From NCBI GenBank assembly GCA_964247055.1, contig OZ176057.1, forward strand, positions 2,914,001-2,978,000: DNA of 64,000 nucleotides, given 5' to 3'. How positions within the stretch are numbered: position 1 is the stretch's first letter; every line of letters starts with the position of its first letter. This stretch comes from Paragordius varius. Lineage: Eukaryota > Animalia > Nematomorpha. The notes beneath the pieces are model-generated. The model ran no database searches. It saw only the letters and a program-made list of their open reading frames with translations, and had not been told where the DNA came from. Below are positions 24,335 through 36,780 of this stretch, one piece after another. The translations under genes were made by a program, and so were the position numbers.

Positions 24335-26498
24335 CAGTCATGTAGATTTTAATTTATTAAAGATTTACTTTTTTTCGTTAATTGGGTATTAATATTTGGT
24401 AAAGAATATAAAAACAAGAGCAATATGGTATTACCATATCATATTCTTTAAAAAAAATGAAGGGGAAGGGCGTCGGAAATCTTTGGTAAAAAATGAAAAT
24501 ACACTAACTACTAACACTTCATTTAAATTTGATGGATATTTTTAATGTTAAATTTTGAGAAAATCATAGCAATTTATGTTAACATTTGGAATATTGTTGT
24601 TACGTATTTAGATGCGGAATTTTGTGGGTTTTTATCTTTAATAATTTAATAAATAGTAAAATGGGTATTATATTATTTATGATTAATAATTAAATTCAAT
24701 AATTACTATTTTTCAACATGATAAATACCTGTATTAATCGATATTGGTATTATTTTATATAGTTGTTATTAATAATTAAAATAAAGGTTATATATTTGTT
24801 AAAATTTAAGTAGATTTTGGATTGTTTTTGTTTTTATGTTATTCATTGTCAATTTTTATGTATTGAAATTTAATCAGATAAAATTGCGGTTTTCAAATTT
24901 AGTCAAATTTAATTTTTTTTGTTTTTTATTTAACATTGTTAATTGTAATTAATTACATATTGTAATTACAGGTGAAAATTGTGGTTTTTATTAAATTTAG
25001 TTAAATTGAATTTTTTTTGTTTAGGATTTGCATTGTTAATTGTAATTAATTACTACATATTGAAAATTTAAAAAAAAACAGGTAAAAATGACGGTTTCAA
25101 AATTTTTTTTATTGTTAATTGTAATTAATTACATATTGTGGACATTTTAATAATTACAGGTAAAAATTGCAGTTTTTAATAAATTTAATAAAAATTGAGT
25201 TTTTGTTTTTTAGGATTTGCATTGTTAATTGTAATTAATTTATTTAGTCATTTTAATAAATACAGGTAAAAATTGCGGTTTTTAATAAATTTCATTTTTT
25301 TTTATTTTGTATCATTGTTAATTGTAATTAATTACTCCATATTTTGGACATTTTAATAAATACAGGTGAAAATGGCAGTTTTTCAAATTTAACATTTTTC
25401 GTATCATTGTTATTTGTTATTAATTAATAAATATTTTTGACATTTAAAAAACAGGTAAAAATTGCGGTTTTTAATAAATTAGTAAAATTTTTAATGTTTT
25501 GTTCAACCTCGCTAATTTATTAAGTACTATATATTTTTGATACATTGTACAGGTAAAAATTACTATCATTTGAATAAGTTAGCAAGGAATGAAACATTAA
25601 AAATTTATTAATTTTATTAAAAACCGCAATTTTCGCATGTTTTTATATGTCGAAAATATTTGATAATTAATAACAAATAACAATGATACAAAAAATAAAT
25701 TTGAAATTTGTAAAAAACCGCCATTTTTACCTGTATTTTGTAAAATTTCCAAGTATGTAGTATTTAATTACAAATAACAATGCAAATCCTAAAAAACAAA
25801 AAAAAGTAAATTTGACTAAATTTAAAAACCGCAATTTTTACCTGATTAAAATGTAAACACATAAAAATTAACCATGAAAAACATAAAAACAAAACCAATC
25901 TATAATCTAATTAAATTTTCACAAATATATAACCTGTATTTTAATTACTAATAACAACTATTTAAAATAATAATACCAATTTTGATTAATACAGGTATTT
26001 ATTATGTTGAAAAATAGTAATTATTGAAAATTATGAATCATAAATAATATTAAAATACCCATTTTACTATTTATTAAATTATTAAGAAACCCACAAAATT
26101 CCGCATCTCAATACGTAGCAACAATATTTTAAATGTTAACATAAATTGCTGTAATATTCTCAAAATTTAACATACAAAATATTCATCAAATTAATTATGT
26201 TAATTCTCACGTCAATCCTCTTTCATATGTGTACTGCAAAATAAATTTTTAAAAAAAATCAACATATAAATTTTGCTAAAAGATAAACAAAAATATTACC
26301 ATTCCCCTATAACAATATTTTAAGATTTTCATTTTTTACTAAAGATTTCCGACGCCCTTCCCCCACACTTCTCTTACTTTTTTAAAGAATATGATATGGT
26401 AATACCATATAGCTCTTGTTTTTATATTCTTTGCCAAATATTAATACCCAATTAACGAAAAAAAGTAAATCTTTAACAATATAAAGTCTACATGACTG
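24335..26498. mobile_element. Foldback element with modular arms
   Basis: TA|CAGTCATGTAGA...TCTACATGACTG|TA. Long imperfect inverted arms. Inner ~90-bp tandem units (ACAGGTAAAAATTGCGGTTTT...) run direct on the left (24880-25560) and inverted on the right (25620-25850). Confidence 0.85.
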
Positions 26499-26972
26499 TA
26501 TAGATAAATTGTTAACTCGTGTAAAATCAATCGATATATTTATTAAAATAATAAATTATTTTGGCCCTTACTGATCCTTTATCAATTATATATTAAAAAA
26601 TTTGCTATCGTTCATTTTGTATTATTTCCATTTTTAGTATTTGTATATAATTGAGAAAGGATCATTAAGATCCAAAATATTTTATTATTTTAATAAATTC
26701 AATTATTTTACACTAGTTATTTACAATTTAACTAATGTATTGATTAAAAATATATGTCGTTTAAATCTTTTTCTGATGTAAAATACAAAATCCAACAATG
26801 TATTAAACAACTATGTTATGGGCTTTCGGCGATGGTGTCAACAAAATAAATTAATAACAATTTTCCAATTTTAACATATAGCCTCAATTATGAAACTTTG
26901 ATTCAATGTAAAAAAATGGAATTTATTTAACCAATGATTTTTAAACTAAAGATATTTTGCATAATTATTTGC

Positions 26973-27011
<39 letters not shown>

Positions 27012-27023
27012 TATGTCCTAATG

Positions 27024-29331
27024 CAGGGCTTCTTAAACTATGGGTCGCGACCCCATTTGGGGTCGCAGATGATAAAATTAAAATTTAACAAAAAATGTTT
27101 TTTAACTTGTAAAATCTATATATTAATAAAAATGGAAAATGCTGCTTTGTTATCTGTTTCCGGAAAACCGGTAGACCCATTCAAATCCAAAGAAAAAATA
27201 GATTTATTGAATGCCCCGACAATAGCTTCGCTAAATTTTAAATTAGGTTCCCAGTTCGGGCCAATCCGGTGTAAAAAACGGGTTTTTGAAAACAGAGGTC
27301 TACAAATCGTGTCTGAGACAATTTTCCTGAAAACGTGTTGGACCATTCGATTTCGAATATAATTCTTTTTTACTTTTCAATTGCGCCGAACATGATCGGG
27401 TCGTTTTTTAAATTTAGGCCCTCTTTTTACCCGCTCCTCCCGTAAAATGCCACTTTTTTGAAAAAGCTAAGTCCACAAAAATAATTTTTTGAATCTATTT
27501 TTCGCCCAAGGTATGAGACCCTAAAAATGCAATAAAGATTCCAGGTGTTCCCTGTTAAAAGAATGTTTAAGTCGAGCGTATTTTTTATATTGGCTGTTGG
27601 GTAAGGAGATACCCGCTAAAAAGTGCCCCGTCATATAAAAATAGCGTGCTTTTGGGGCTAAATTTCAGAAAACCTATCAGGCCATATTACGTGAAGTTTT
27701 TTAGAATTAGCCGTTAATTAGACCCTTCACGCATTGAAAATGCGCCACTATAGAATGATTTTTCAGTTTCGCAGCAATTTTGCCAAAAAATAATGAAAGC
27801 ATATGGAATCAATGAAAATTCCAGATATTCTCCGTAAAAAGGCAAAAATTTCAATCAAGCGCTTTTTTTGTATCAGCCTCTGGGTAGGGTACCCGCCTAA
27901 AACTGCGCTACCTATATCGAAATTGTGTTGTTTAGGATTTAATTTTCAAAAAACCTATCAGCAATATAAGAATAAGGGTCTAAAATATTACCCGTAAAAA
28001 ATTTTAAGTCTAGCGTTTAATAAATAGCCGTTAATTATGCCCTTTACGCCTATAAAAATGCGTTAGAGAGCTATTATTTAGTTTTGAAGCCATTTTTCCA
28101 AAAACTACTAAGAACATATGGATTCAATTATCTGGTATTTCCTTATAAAAGCAAAAATTTTTATGGAACGTCTTTTATTTTGGCTCCTGGGTAGGGGATT
28201 ACCAAGCTACACGGCCCCACCATATCGATACAGCGTGTTGGAGGCAAATTTTAGAAAACTTATCGGGCCCTATGAGTTCAATAAGGGCTTGAAATATTAC
28301 CCGTAAAAAGGTAAAAATTTGAGTAGAGGGGTTTTATTAAATTACCCTCCATAGAATGACTTTTTGGTTTTGGGGCACCACGAGAGCATATGGAATCAAT
28401 CATGACACCATGTTTTGCCCGTATTAAGGTAAAAAATATAATTAACCGTTTTTTGCTTCGCTTCTGGTTAGAGGCTAACCGCGTAAAACTGCGTCATTTT
28501 CTCGATACAGCATGCCTTTGGAGCCAAATTTCAGAAAAGTCTAATAGGAACATATGCATTCCATGAAATTCTATTTCCCATATGAGGGCAAAAATTTTAA
28601 CCAGCGCTTTTTTATACTCTCCCTGGGTTAAGAGCTATCCGCCGCAAACTGCGCGACTATATAGAAATTGCTTTGTTTTGGAGCTAATTTACAAAAAATT
28701 TATGAAGCCATATGAGTTCATTAAAAGCTTGAAATATTATCCGTAACTAGGTAAAATAAGGCGTTTTTTATCAGCTGTTAATTGGGGCCTTTATGCCCTT
28801 TAATAATGTTGGCAAGTAATTAAACTAAAATATTAGTAAAATAAATATTATACGCCATCATATAAGGATAATTTAGTGTTGAAATATTTTTTCGAATAAC
28901 CATGAGACGATGGTATCAAAGATGATTCTAAATATCTGCCCTACAAAGGCCAGATAGGTCTCTGGGTAGGGGTCTACCGGTTTAAAACTGAAACGCCATA
29001 CAAAAATGGCGTGGTTTTGGAGCTGATTTTCAAAAAAATTAAAAAGCCATACGAGTTCAGTTAAACACATTTGTGGGGAATTCGTAGAATATCATTCTTT
29101 CCTTTAAAAAAGGACCACCGATCATTTTAATATATTGTATTAGTTTACTATAAATCAAAAGATATTATAGAAATTTATAAAAAAATATTTATTTTTGTCA
29201 ATCTCTCACAAACGAAATAATCATGATAAATATTATTAACAAAATTTCTAAGAGATTTCGAATTGTTGGGGTCGTTAAAAAACTTGCTACCATAAATGGG
29301 GTCGGGAATTACAAAAGTTTAAGAAACTCTG
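27024..29331 (+). mobile_element. Third hAT MITE shell enclosing a Helitron
   Basis: CAGGGCTTCTTAAACT...AGTTTAAGAAACTCTG. Flanks TCCTAATG / TTATATTG (5/8 match, possibly a decayed TSD). Confidence 0.7.
27115..29120 (+). mobile_element. Non-autonomous Helitron-like element, copy 5 (3'-truncated)
   Basis: A|TCTATATATTAATAAAAATGG start and about five internal repeat units. CTAG end absent; right boundary is approximate. Confidence 0.7.
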
Positions 29332-30206
29332 TTATATTGCATTCATAGGCCGTCTAGTCGGTTGTAAAAATTGAAATTATACAAACAAAATGTAAAAAAA
29401 CATAAAATAATTGTTTTCAAAAAACATAATATTTTTCCATACCGTTTTTTAATAGCACATTCATCCATATACTTGAGAATTGTAAAAAATAAAAGTTTAA
29501 AAAAGTATGGGAGTCGTTTTTTAAAAAATTGCTTTATGTTTTTGTCATTTGTTTGTTTATTATTTTTACTGTATCTCCTTACCCGTTTAAATAAATCCAA
29601 CTATAAAACTATAAAAGATGTTTAAGCGGAATGAAAAACTACTTGGTATAAAATCTATCGAATAACTTTCGCGTATGATCCATAACGAATAAAATGTGAT
29701 GAGGAAAATTATTTTTGAATGATATTGTACATATTTCATATTGCTATTATACAAGGGCTGTTGTGATAATTTGAAATAGTAAAAAAGAATTAATAATATT
29801 CTAAATATGTGTTTATTTAATAATTAAAATGGGAGCCTAAAAATCTCTATAAACTCTAAAAAAGATACGTTTTATTACTATTGATATATCTTCATTGAAA
29901 AATAGACAATCAAAAATAAATCCATTTAATTCCCCGTCTTCAAATGCCTCTTACAATTCAACAATTTTGCTATTTCACCTTATGTATGTACTAAACAACT
30001 AAAAAATCTCGATAAAATTTGTCAAAAAATCTATTAGTATTTTCCTCGTGTGTTTGTACCGAAAAATTTATAAATATAAATTATTTTTTTTTTAATTACC
30101 GAAAATTCAGCGCACATTCTGTTAAAATATTTATTTTTTGCTAGAGATAGAAAGATGTAAAAATTATATTTTAATTATCATAAAAGAGTTAATTGTCAAT
30201 CATACC

Positions 30207-30889
30207 TAGGCTTGTGCATTTGACTGCTTTTTTAAAAAGTCCGGTTAGACCCGGTCAGACCATGGTCATGACCAGAGTCATCACCACTTTTTATTTAAGT
30301 AAATATCATGCGATACTGGATTGTGAAAATAATATTCGTGCGACACTTGCGTTTCACTAATAATGTCAAGTTTTTTCTAAAAAGTTTATATTTTTTTTAA
30401 TATTTATTATTTACAAATATTTTACATCAAATTTAATCAATATTTTGTTTTCCAATTAATTTTACCACATGTATGTGGCCTTTTAAATCTTAAAATACAT
30501 AGCTTTTAATATTGGATATTTAGATTTTATTTAGTTTGTTTTAAACTTTCTTTCATCATTCAACAATTATAAAGTGTTTATTTATTGGTTTACATATATG
30601 GAATAATTGCATATCTTGCAAAGTGCTTGATTGTTTTGTTTTTCGAAATAACTGGAATGCTAATGTTATAATGATGCATATTTAATAATTTTATATTCTT
30701 AAATAAGCATATTTAAATATTTAATTTATATTTTAAAAAAATATATTAAAAAACAATACAATTTTACTATTTATCTTCCAAAAAAATTACCAGCAATTTT
30801 TAAAAAAACAGCTGTTATTTTAAATGGTTATGGTCAAAAATAAAATAGTCACTGACCTGGTCATGACCCGGTCAATCAGCACAATCCTA
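30207..30889. mobile_element. Possible MITE with GGTCATGACC subterminal motifs
   Basis: TAGGCTTGTGC...GCACAATCCTA ends and inverted GACC(C/A)GGTCA repeats. No TSD found. Confidence 0.35.
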
Positions 30890-31256
30890 AATAAAACTAA
30901 ATTAAATTTTCGTTTATCCGAACCTAGTGAGTTTAAAATTTTTAAAAACTTTATATGGCCTTAATAAATTTAACACAAAGGTATTGCCATCCCGGTTTTA
31001 CTAAAAAATATTTTAAAATGCTTGAAGTATGCTTATTGCGGTATAGATTAAAAAATATCATTGAAAACATTGTACTACATAAATTTAGATATCTATCACC
31101 TTGTATTTAGATAATTTTATACTATATAAACTTCGTCACCAATATGTAAAAAGTGTTTTTATTATATTAAAAAAAGTCTTAAAAAATACACTGATGAAAA
31201 TGCTTTAAAAACATATTTATTTCACCATACATACATATCTGGTGTATTCATAATTA

Positions 31257-33735
31257 CTAGCTGGCCCTGCGCTTCGCTGTGACATAGTCTCACCGAAAAA
31301 TATTCTTAATAATTTGCAATAAATAGAGCTATTGGAGATATAAAAACATATTTAACAAAAATAATGCCCTTAATTATTCTTTTACGGGTTTTTGCATAGG
31401 CTGAATTGTTTACTCGAAATCGACCATATTTACACTGTCCCTTATTAATGTTCATATTCAACCATCATTTCGTTTTACGAAATCAAGGTTAAAATTTCAT
31501 TTTGAAATTGTCATCACACAGCTGGGATCAAGGGATATAAAAAGTAAATCAATTGTGGTCTTTTTAAAGGGAAGAATGATATTAGACAAATTTCCCTGAA
31601 ATGTGTTTAACTGAACTCGTATGGCTTCTTAAATTTTTTTAATAATTAGCTCCAAAACCACGCCATCTATGTATGGCGTCTCAGTTTTAAACCGGTAGAC
31701 CCCTACTCACAGACCTATATGGAAAAAGCTCTGAGTTAATTTGCCTTTATAATTTGGAATTATCTTTGATATCATCGACTCATGGGATATTCGAAAAAAT
31801 ACTTCAACTCGTTATATAATGGCGTATTTTTAGGCCAAAAGGTCCCAAATTAACGGCTAATAAAAAAACGCATGACCTTTTTTTACCTTACGGGTATTCA
31901 AGCTTTTAATGAGCTTATATAGCTTAATAGATTTTCTGTAAATTAGCTTCAAAACAACGCAATTTCTATATAGTGACTCAGTCTTGGTGGGTGGCTCTTT
32001 ACCCAGGGGCAGGTATAAAAAAGCGCTTGGCAAAATTTTTGCCTTTATATGGGGAATATCTGGAATTATCATGGATTCGATATGTTCCTCTTGGAAATAT
32101 TGCTTCAAAACTAAATTGTTCTATGGCGGCGTATTTTTCGTGGCGTAAAACTTTACTTAGCGGTGATTAAAATAACCCCCTATACTAAAATATTTTTTTA
32201 AGGGGTAAAAAATATTTTACGCCCTTTTTGAACTCACATAGTGTCATAGGCTGAAATTTGGCTCCAAAGCCATGCTGTATCGATATGCTGACGGAGTTTT
32301 ACGCGCGTGGTCCCTTAACCAGGGGCCAAACAAAAAACGCGTGATTGAAATGCCTTAATTCAGGTCACATGATTGATTCCATATGCTCTCGTGAGATTTT
32401 CAAAAAATTTCCTCAAATCCAAAAAGTCATTCTATGGTGGCGCATTTTCTGGGCAGGGGCCTAATTAGGGGGTAATTTAATAAAACCGCTCTACTTAAAT
32501 GTTTGCCTTTTTACGCGTAATATTTCAAGCCCTTATTGAACTCATAGGCCTGATAAGTTTACTAAAATTTGACTCCAAAGTCACGCTGTATCGATATGGG
32601 GGCGCAGATATAAGCAGGTAGCCCCCTACCCAGAGACCAATATAATGTTCGATAAAAAATTTTGCCTTTATAGGGGAATACTTATAATCATCATTCATTC
32701 CTTATGTTCTTAATAGTTTTTGGAAGAATGACTTTAAAACTAGATATTAGTATAATGATAACTCATTTTTTAGGGCATAAAGGGCCCAATTAACGGTTAA
32801 ATTAAAAAACCGTTCAACTTAAATTTTTGTCTTTTTACGGGTAAAATTTCAGGCGCTTATTAAACTTATGTGGCCTGATAAGTTTTCTGAAAATTGACTC
32901 CTAAACAACGCCATTTCGATATGGTAACGCAGTTTTAGGCGGTTAGCTCCCTACTAATAGCTGATACAAAAAAGCGCTTCATTAAAATTTTTGCCCTTTT
33001 ACGGAGAATACCTGGAACATGATTGATTCCATATGCTCTCATTAGTTTTTGGAAAAATTGCATCAAAACTATAAAAAATTATTCTATCGTGGCGCATTTT
33101 TTAGGGCATTAAGGGCCTAATTAACGCCTTTTGAAAAACCGGACGGCCTAAATTTTTGCCTTGTTACGGGTAATATTTTAACCACCTATTGATATCATAT
33201 GGCCTGATAGGTTTTCTGAAATTTAGCCCCAAGGCAGATATGACGGGGCAGTTTTTAGCGGGTATCTCCTTACCCAGCAGCCAATATAAAATTGTCTTTT
33301 AACAGGGAAAACCTGGAATCCTTATTGAATTTTAAATGGTCTCATACCTTGGGCGAAATATAGATTCAAAAATTATTTTTATGGACTTTTTTGGAAAAAA
33401 ATGGCATTTTACGGAGGAAGCGGGTAAAAAGAAGGCCTAAATTAAAAAACCGAGCCGACTATGTTCGGCGCAATCGTAAAAAAAGTAAAAAAATCATATT
33501 TGAAATCGAATGGCTTAACACATTTTCGGAACTGTCTCAAGGACACGATTGTGTTTTCAAAAAAACCAGTTTTTTTCACGGGGTAGGCCCGAGGCCTAAT
33601 TCAAAAAAAGACGAAGCTATTGTCGGGGCATTCATTTATTATTATAAATGTTCGACATTTGGATTTGAATGGGTCTACCAGTTTTCCAGAAACAGATCAA
33701 AAAGCCACCATTTTCCATTTTTATAAATATATGGA
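31257..33735 (-). mobile_element. Full-length non-autonomous Helitron-like element, copy 6
   Basis: On the minus strand: A|TCCATATATTTATAAAAATGG ... GCGAAGCGCAGGGCCAGCTAG|T. Inserted in an AT dinucleotide with no TSD and a short GC hairpin before CTAG. No Rep/helicase ORF. Confidence 0.85.
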
Positions 33736-34519
33736 TTACCGGTTTAAAGACAAGACATTACACGCAGATTGAACCATACCCCATTTTTTTCGTCTGACAT
33801 TAAACGACAAACACACACAAGATGATTTTATCAAAAATAGTATTTTTATCAATAATTATGTCGAATTTTCTGGATGAGAAAATAAGTTTGCAGCGCATTT
33901 TCATAAGAAAACCGCTATATAAAGTTATCATTTGTTGGTAAAAACATATGCTTACATGGTTTTCGAATTATTAAAAGCTGAGAACAAATTTGAGATAGAG
34001 TTGGCGCTGTGGTAACACAGCTTAAAAGATAAAAGGGCAAAAGTTATTGAATAAAACCCAACTTAAATTTAACAACAATTGGTAGAGCGATTACATATAT
34101 CAAAAAAAACAATAGATGGATGTATACGAGCAATGGGAAAGATTAATAAACTTAATAAATAAGTCCCACGTAATTTGAATAAACGTTATTTGAAAAATCG
34201 CAAAATGACTTGTGAAATCCTGCCTCAAGGTCTTCAAAATAAATTATTTTCGCACTGGGCGATGAGTAATGTCTTAATTTGTTATCAAAGCGGAAAAATC
34301 GTAATCTTCATTCTTGCCCAGCCGTTCCATCCCGAAATAATGCCAAATCACTTCGGCTTGAAAATAATTTTCTATGTGTGGGACAGATTATTTATTAAAA
34401 ACTCGTTAAGTCCGTGAAACTGTTAACACCCTATCGCTAACAAATACTTAATCACTACGATGCATTAATCTAAAAAAACAGGAATGTGCCAGAAAAAATG
34501 GCACAACGTTTTGGTTACA

Positions 34520-35519
34520 ACAGGTTCCTGAAGTTTTGGATCCGGAACTGGGGTGATTCCTGAACAAATAGAAGCGGAACCGCGTCGGTTCTTTAAAAAT
34601 TTAGAGGTTCCACGGGTCTTTACATTTAGTCACAGTTCCATTTTGGGCTTTTGACTTTTTATTAAATGATCTCCTTACAAATAGTTATTATAATTCTTGG
34701 CTTTCAAGTGTCTCTCCAATATTAATGTTCTTAAAGTGATTTTGTTTATATCATTATCAAGCGCTTTTATTATTGATCCAATAATCATCTTCATTCCTGA
34801 ATTAAATGGATAAAGATCTATTTGCTGTAACAAAATCTATCAAAGCGTCATTCAACATCTCTATTGAGTAGAAAAAAGTTATCATATGGTTTGTGAAAAA
34901 TATTTTAATTTTTGTTGAACTAGAATAAATCTAGAATTAGATATTCTAAAATTTTGGAAAGATTGAACCATGGGTACTTAAATGTTTGATTAGATTGGAG
35001 TCGTAAGTTCCTTTAATTTTGTTTGACAAGTTTGGCATGTGCTATCATCGGTGTTAACATCAAAATATGTTTTTAAAATAGTTCTGTAGTTCCGTTGTTG
35101 TTATATTTTTAAATGAGTATTAGTTTTTTTAGAACAGCCGAATCGCCCAAAATTTAGAGAGTATCGCCAATATAATATTAGGAACTTAGTTTTAGGTTTG
35201 AAGTTTTAGGCATGTAATATGTAGTGGTACAATCAAATTTAAATAATAAAATCATGTAAAATCACATGGGATCCATTAATTAAGGGAATGGAACCGGAAA
35301 CGAGTTGGTTCCTGAACGATTGGAACCAGAACCGGGTTGGTTCCTAAAAATTTATAGAAACCGGAGTTTTTCCTGAAATATTGGAATCGGTACCGGGGTG
35401 GTCCCCGAGGAAGTGGAAACGGAACCCCGTTGTTTCCATCCCAATAGAACCGATTCTTGTTAAAATCCCCGGAACCGGGTACCGGTTTCATGCGGTTCCG
35501 GTTCCGTTTCTAAGCCCTG
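34520..35519 (-). mobile_element. Decayed hAT element with BED zinc-finger remnant
   Basis: Minus strand near 34960-35080 reads YFDVNTDDSTCQTCQTKLK/..SNLIKHLSTHG (C-x2-C...H-x3-H, frameshifted). GGAACC-rich subterminal repeats and a TAAGCCCTG end at 35519. Left boundary uncertain. Confidence 0.5.
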
Positions 35520-35554
35520 CTTAAAATCGATGAAAATTTTTTCACATTCGCTAA

Positions 35555-35760
35555 ACTCTCTTGACCTGGGCCTACTGACTAATACAAATTCGCATCAATG
35601 AGGCACATTGTTACAGAGCAGCAGCTCTATAAATTCAAAGATGCTGGAAAATGGCTTAAAGAATGGTTTGCCAAAAGTCGATCAATTTTTCTGAGACGGA
35701 GTTTCTGTATTATCTAAGAGATGAGCGAAGTGTGCAGAAGTCGATGCAAGAGCCACTTAA
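35555..35760 (+). pseudogene. Mariner (Mos1-like) transposase C-terminal remnant
   Basis: Translates (S)LDL..TD*YKFASMRHIVTEQQLYKFKDAGKWLKEWFAK, matching the mariner SPDLAP-D-HLFASM-HALAEQ...KWL-EWFA pattern. Contains stops and frameshifts. Confidence 0.6.
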
Positions 35761-36001
35761 AAGTATTTCTCTTTAAACCAGCTGATTAGAAGAAAGCTTA
35801 AAATACTGATATTTTAAACGTTATTAGTCCATTTGGCATTTAATTAAATAAATTCAAAAATTTCATTTATTGGAACATTTTTTCTAATTGCTTATACTTT
35901 AATTATTTTAAGATAAAAAAGTTTATGAGGATGTTTAATAATTTATTTTTAAATCATTTATTTATAATACGCAATGCACATAAATAAATATTCTGATTTA
36001 T

Positions 36002-36039
<38 letters not shown>

Positions 36040-36780
36040 CAGATAGTTGTATCAAGATTCTGAGGGTGCATTTTTGGGCCATACTATCTAAATTATCTCA
36101 TAAACTATATATAAAAAGTATAGCAATTTATAAATTTTAAATATTAGAGGTGAGGTTCAGTTTTTAGAAAAATAAGCATGTTGCAAAATAGCCGATATTG
36201 CGCGATAAAGATTTAAAATATATTTAATATCATAAAAGTTTATCCCAAAATCAATATTCTAAAGATTTTATTTTTAAAACTTGGAGAAGCGATTATAGTT
36301 TTTTTAAGCATGGTGGAAACGGTGAAAGACTAAAAGATGTTATAACATTCTTTTTTGATCGGATTTTTTCATGCATATAATCATGTGATTAAAAGCGGCA
36401 AGACATTCAAGGAGAGTATTATTTTATATTATTATATACTATAAATATATTTAAAAATATGTTTCCTTTTAGTAATTATTAATCTTTTTCTTTGTTTTGT
36501 AGAGTTTTTAATTTGTATGCTAAATATGTAATTTAAAGAGTAATATAATTCATAAGTCATCAAAAATCATTGTTATACATATCATCTCTTTTTTTTCTCT
36601 ACTCCTTGGTGCCTAATTATTTTATTTTTACTAGCCTAGCCATAATTTCTTTATATTTTTCTTTTATGATTGCTAGACAGAGTGAAATATTAATATTTAT
36701 AATTTATCCAAATTAACAACATTTATAAAGATTACTCTTTAATTTTATTTATTATTCTAGATATTTATTTTTTTTGTAAA

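Noticed and set aside
24880-25850. CRISPR-like look of regularly spaced repeats (also the 20-bp units at 8320 and 16150)
   Set aside because: The intervening sequences are homologous rather than unique spacers, the arrays invert around a centre inside TIR elements, and the context is eukaryotic with no cas genes.
26975-27006. (TA)n tracts here and near 3957, 5933, 6604, 8176, 9081, 36007 and 56259
   Set aside because: Ordinary microsatellites in an AT-rich genome, relevant only as TA targets.
34175-34417. 80-aa ORF or possible transposase remnant
   Set aside because: Only a vague resemblance on the minus strand (LRQDFTSHF) to hAT proteins; not supportable.
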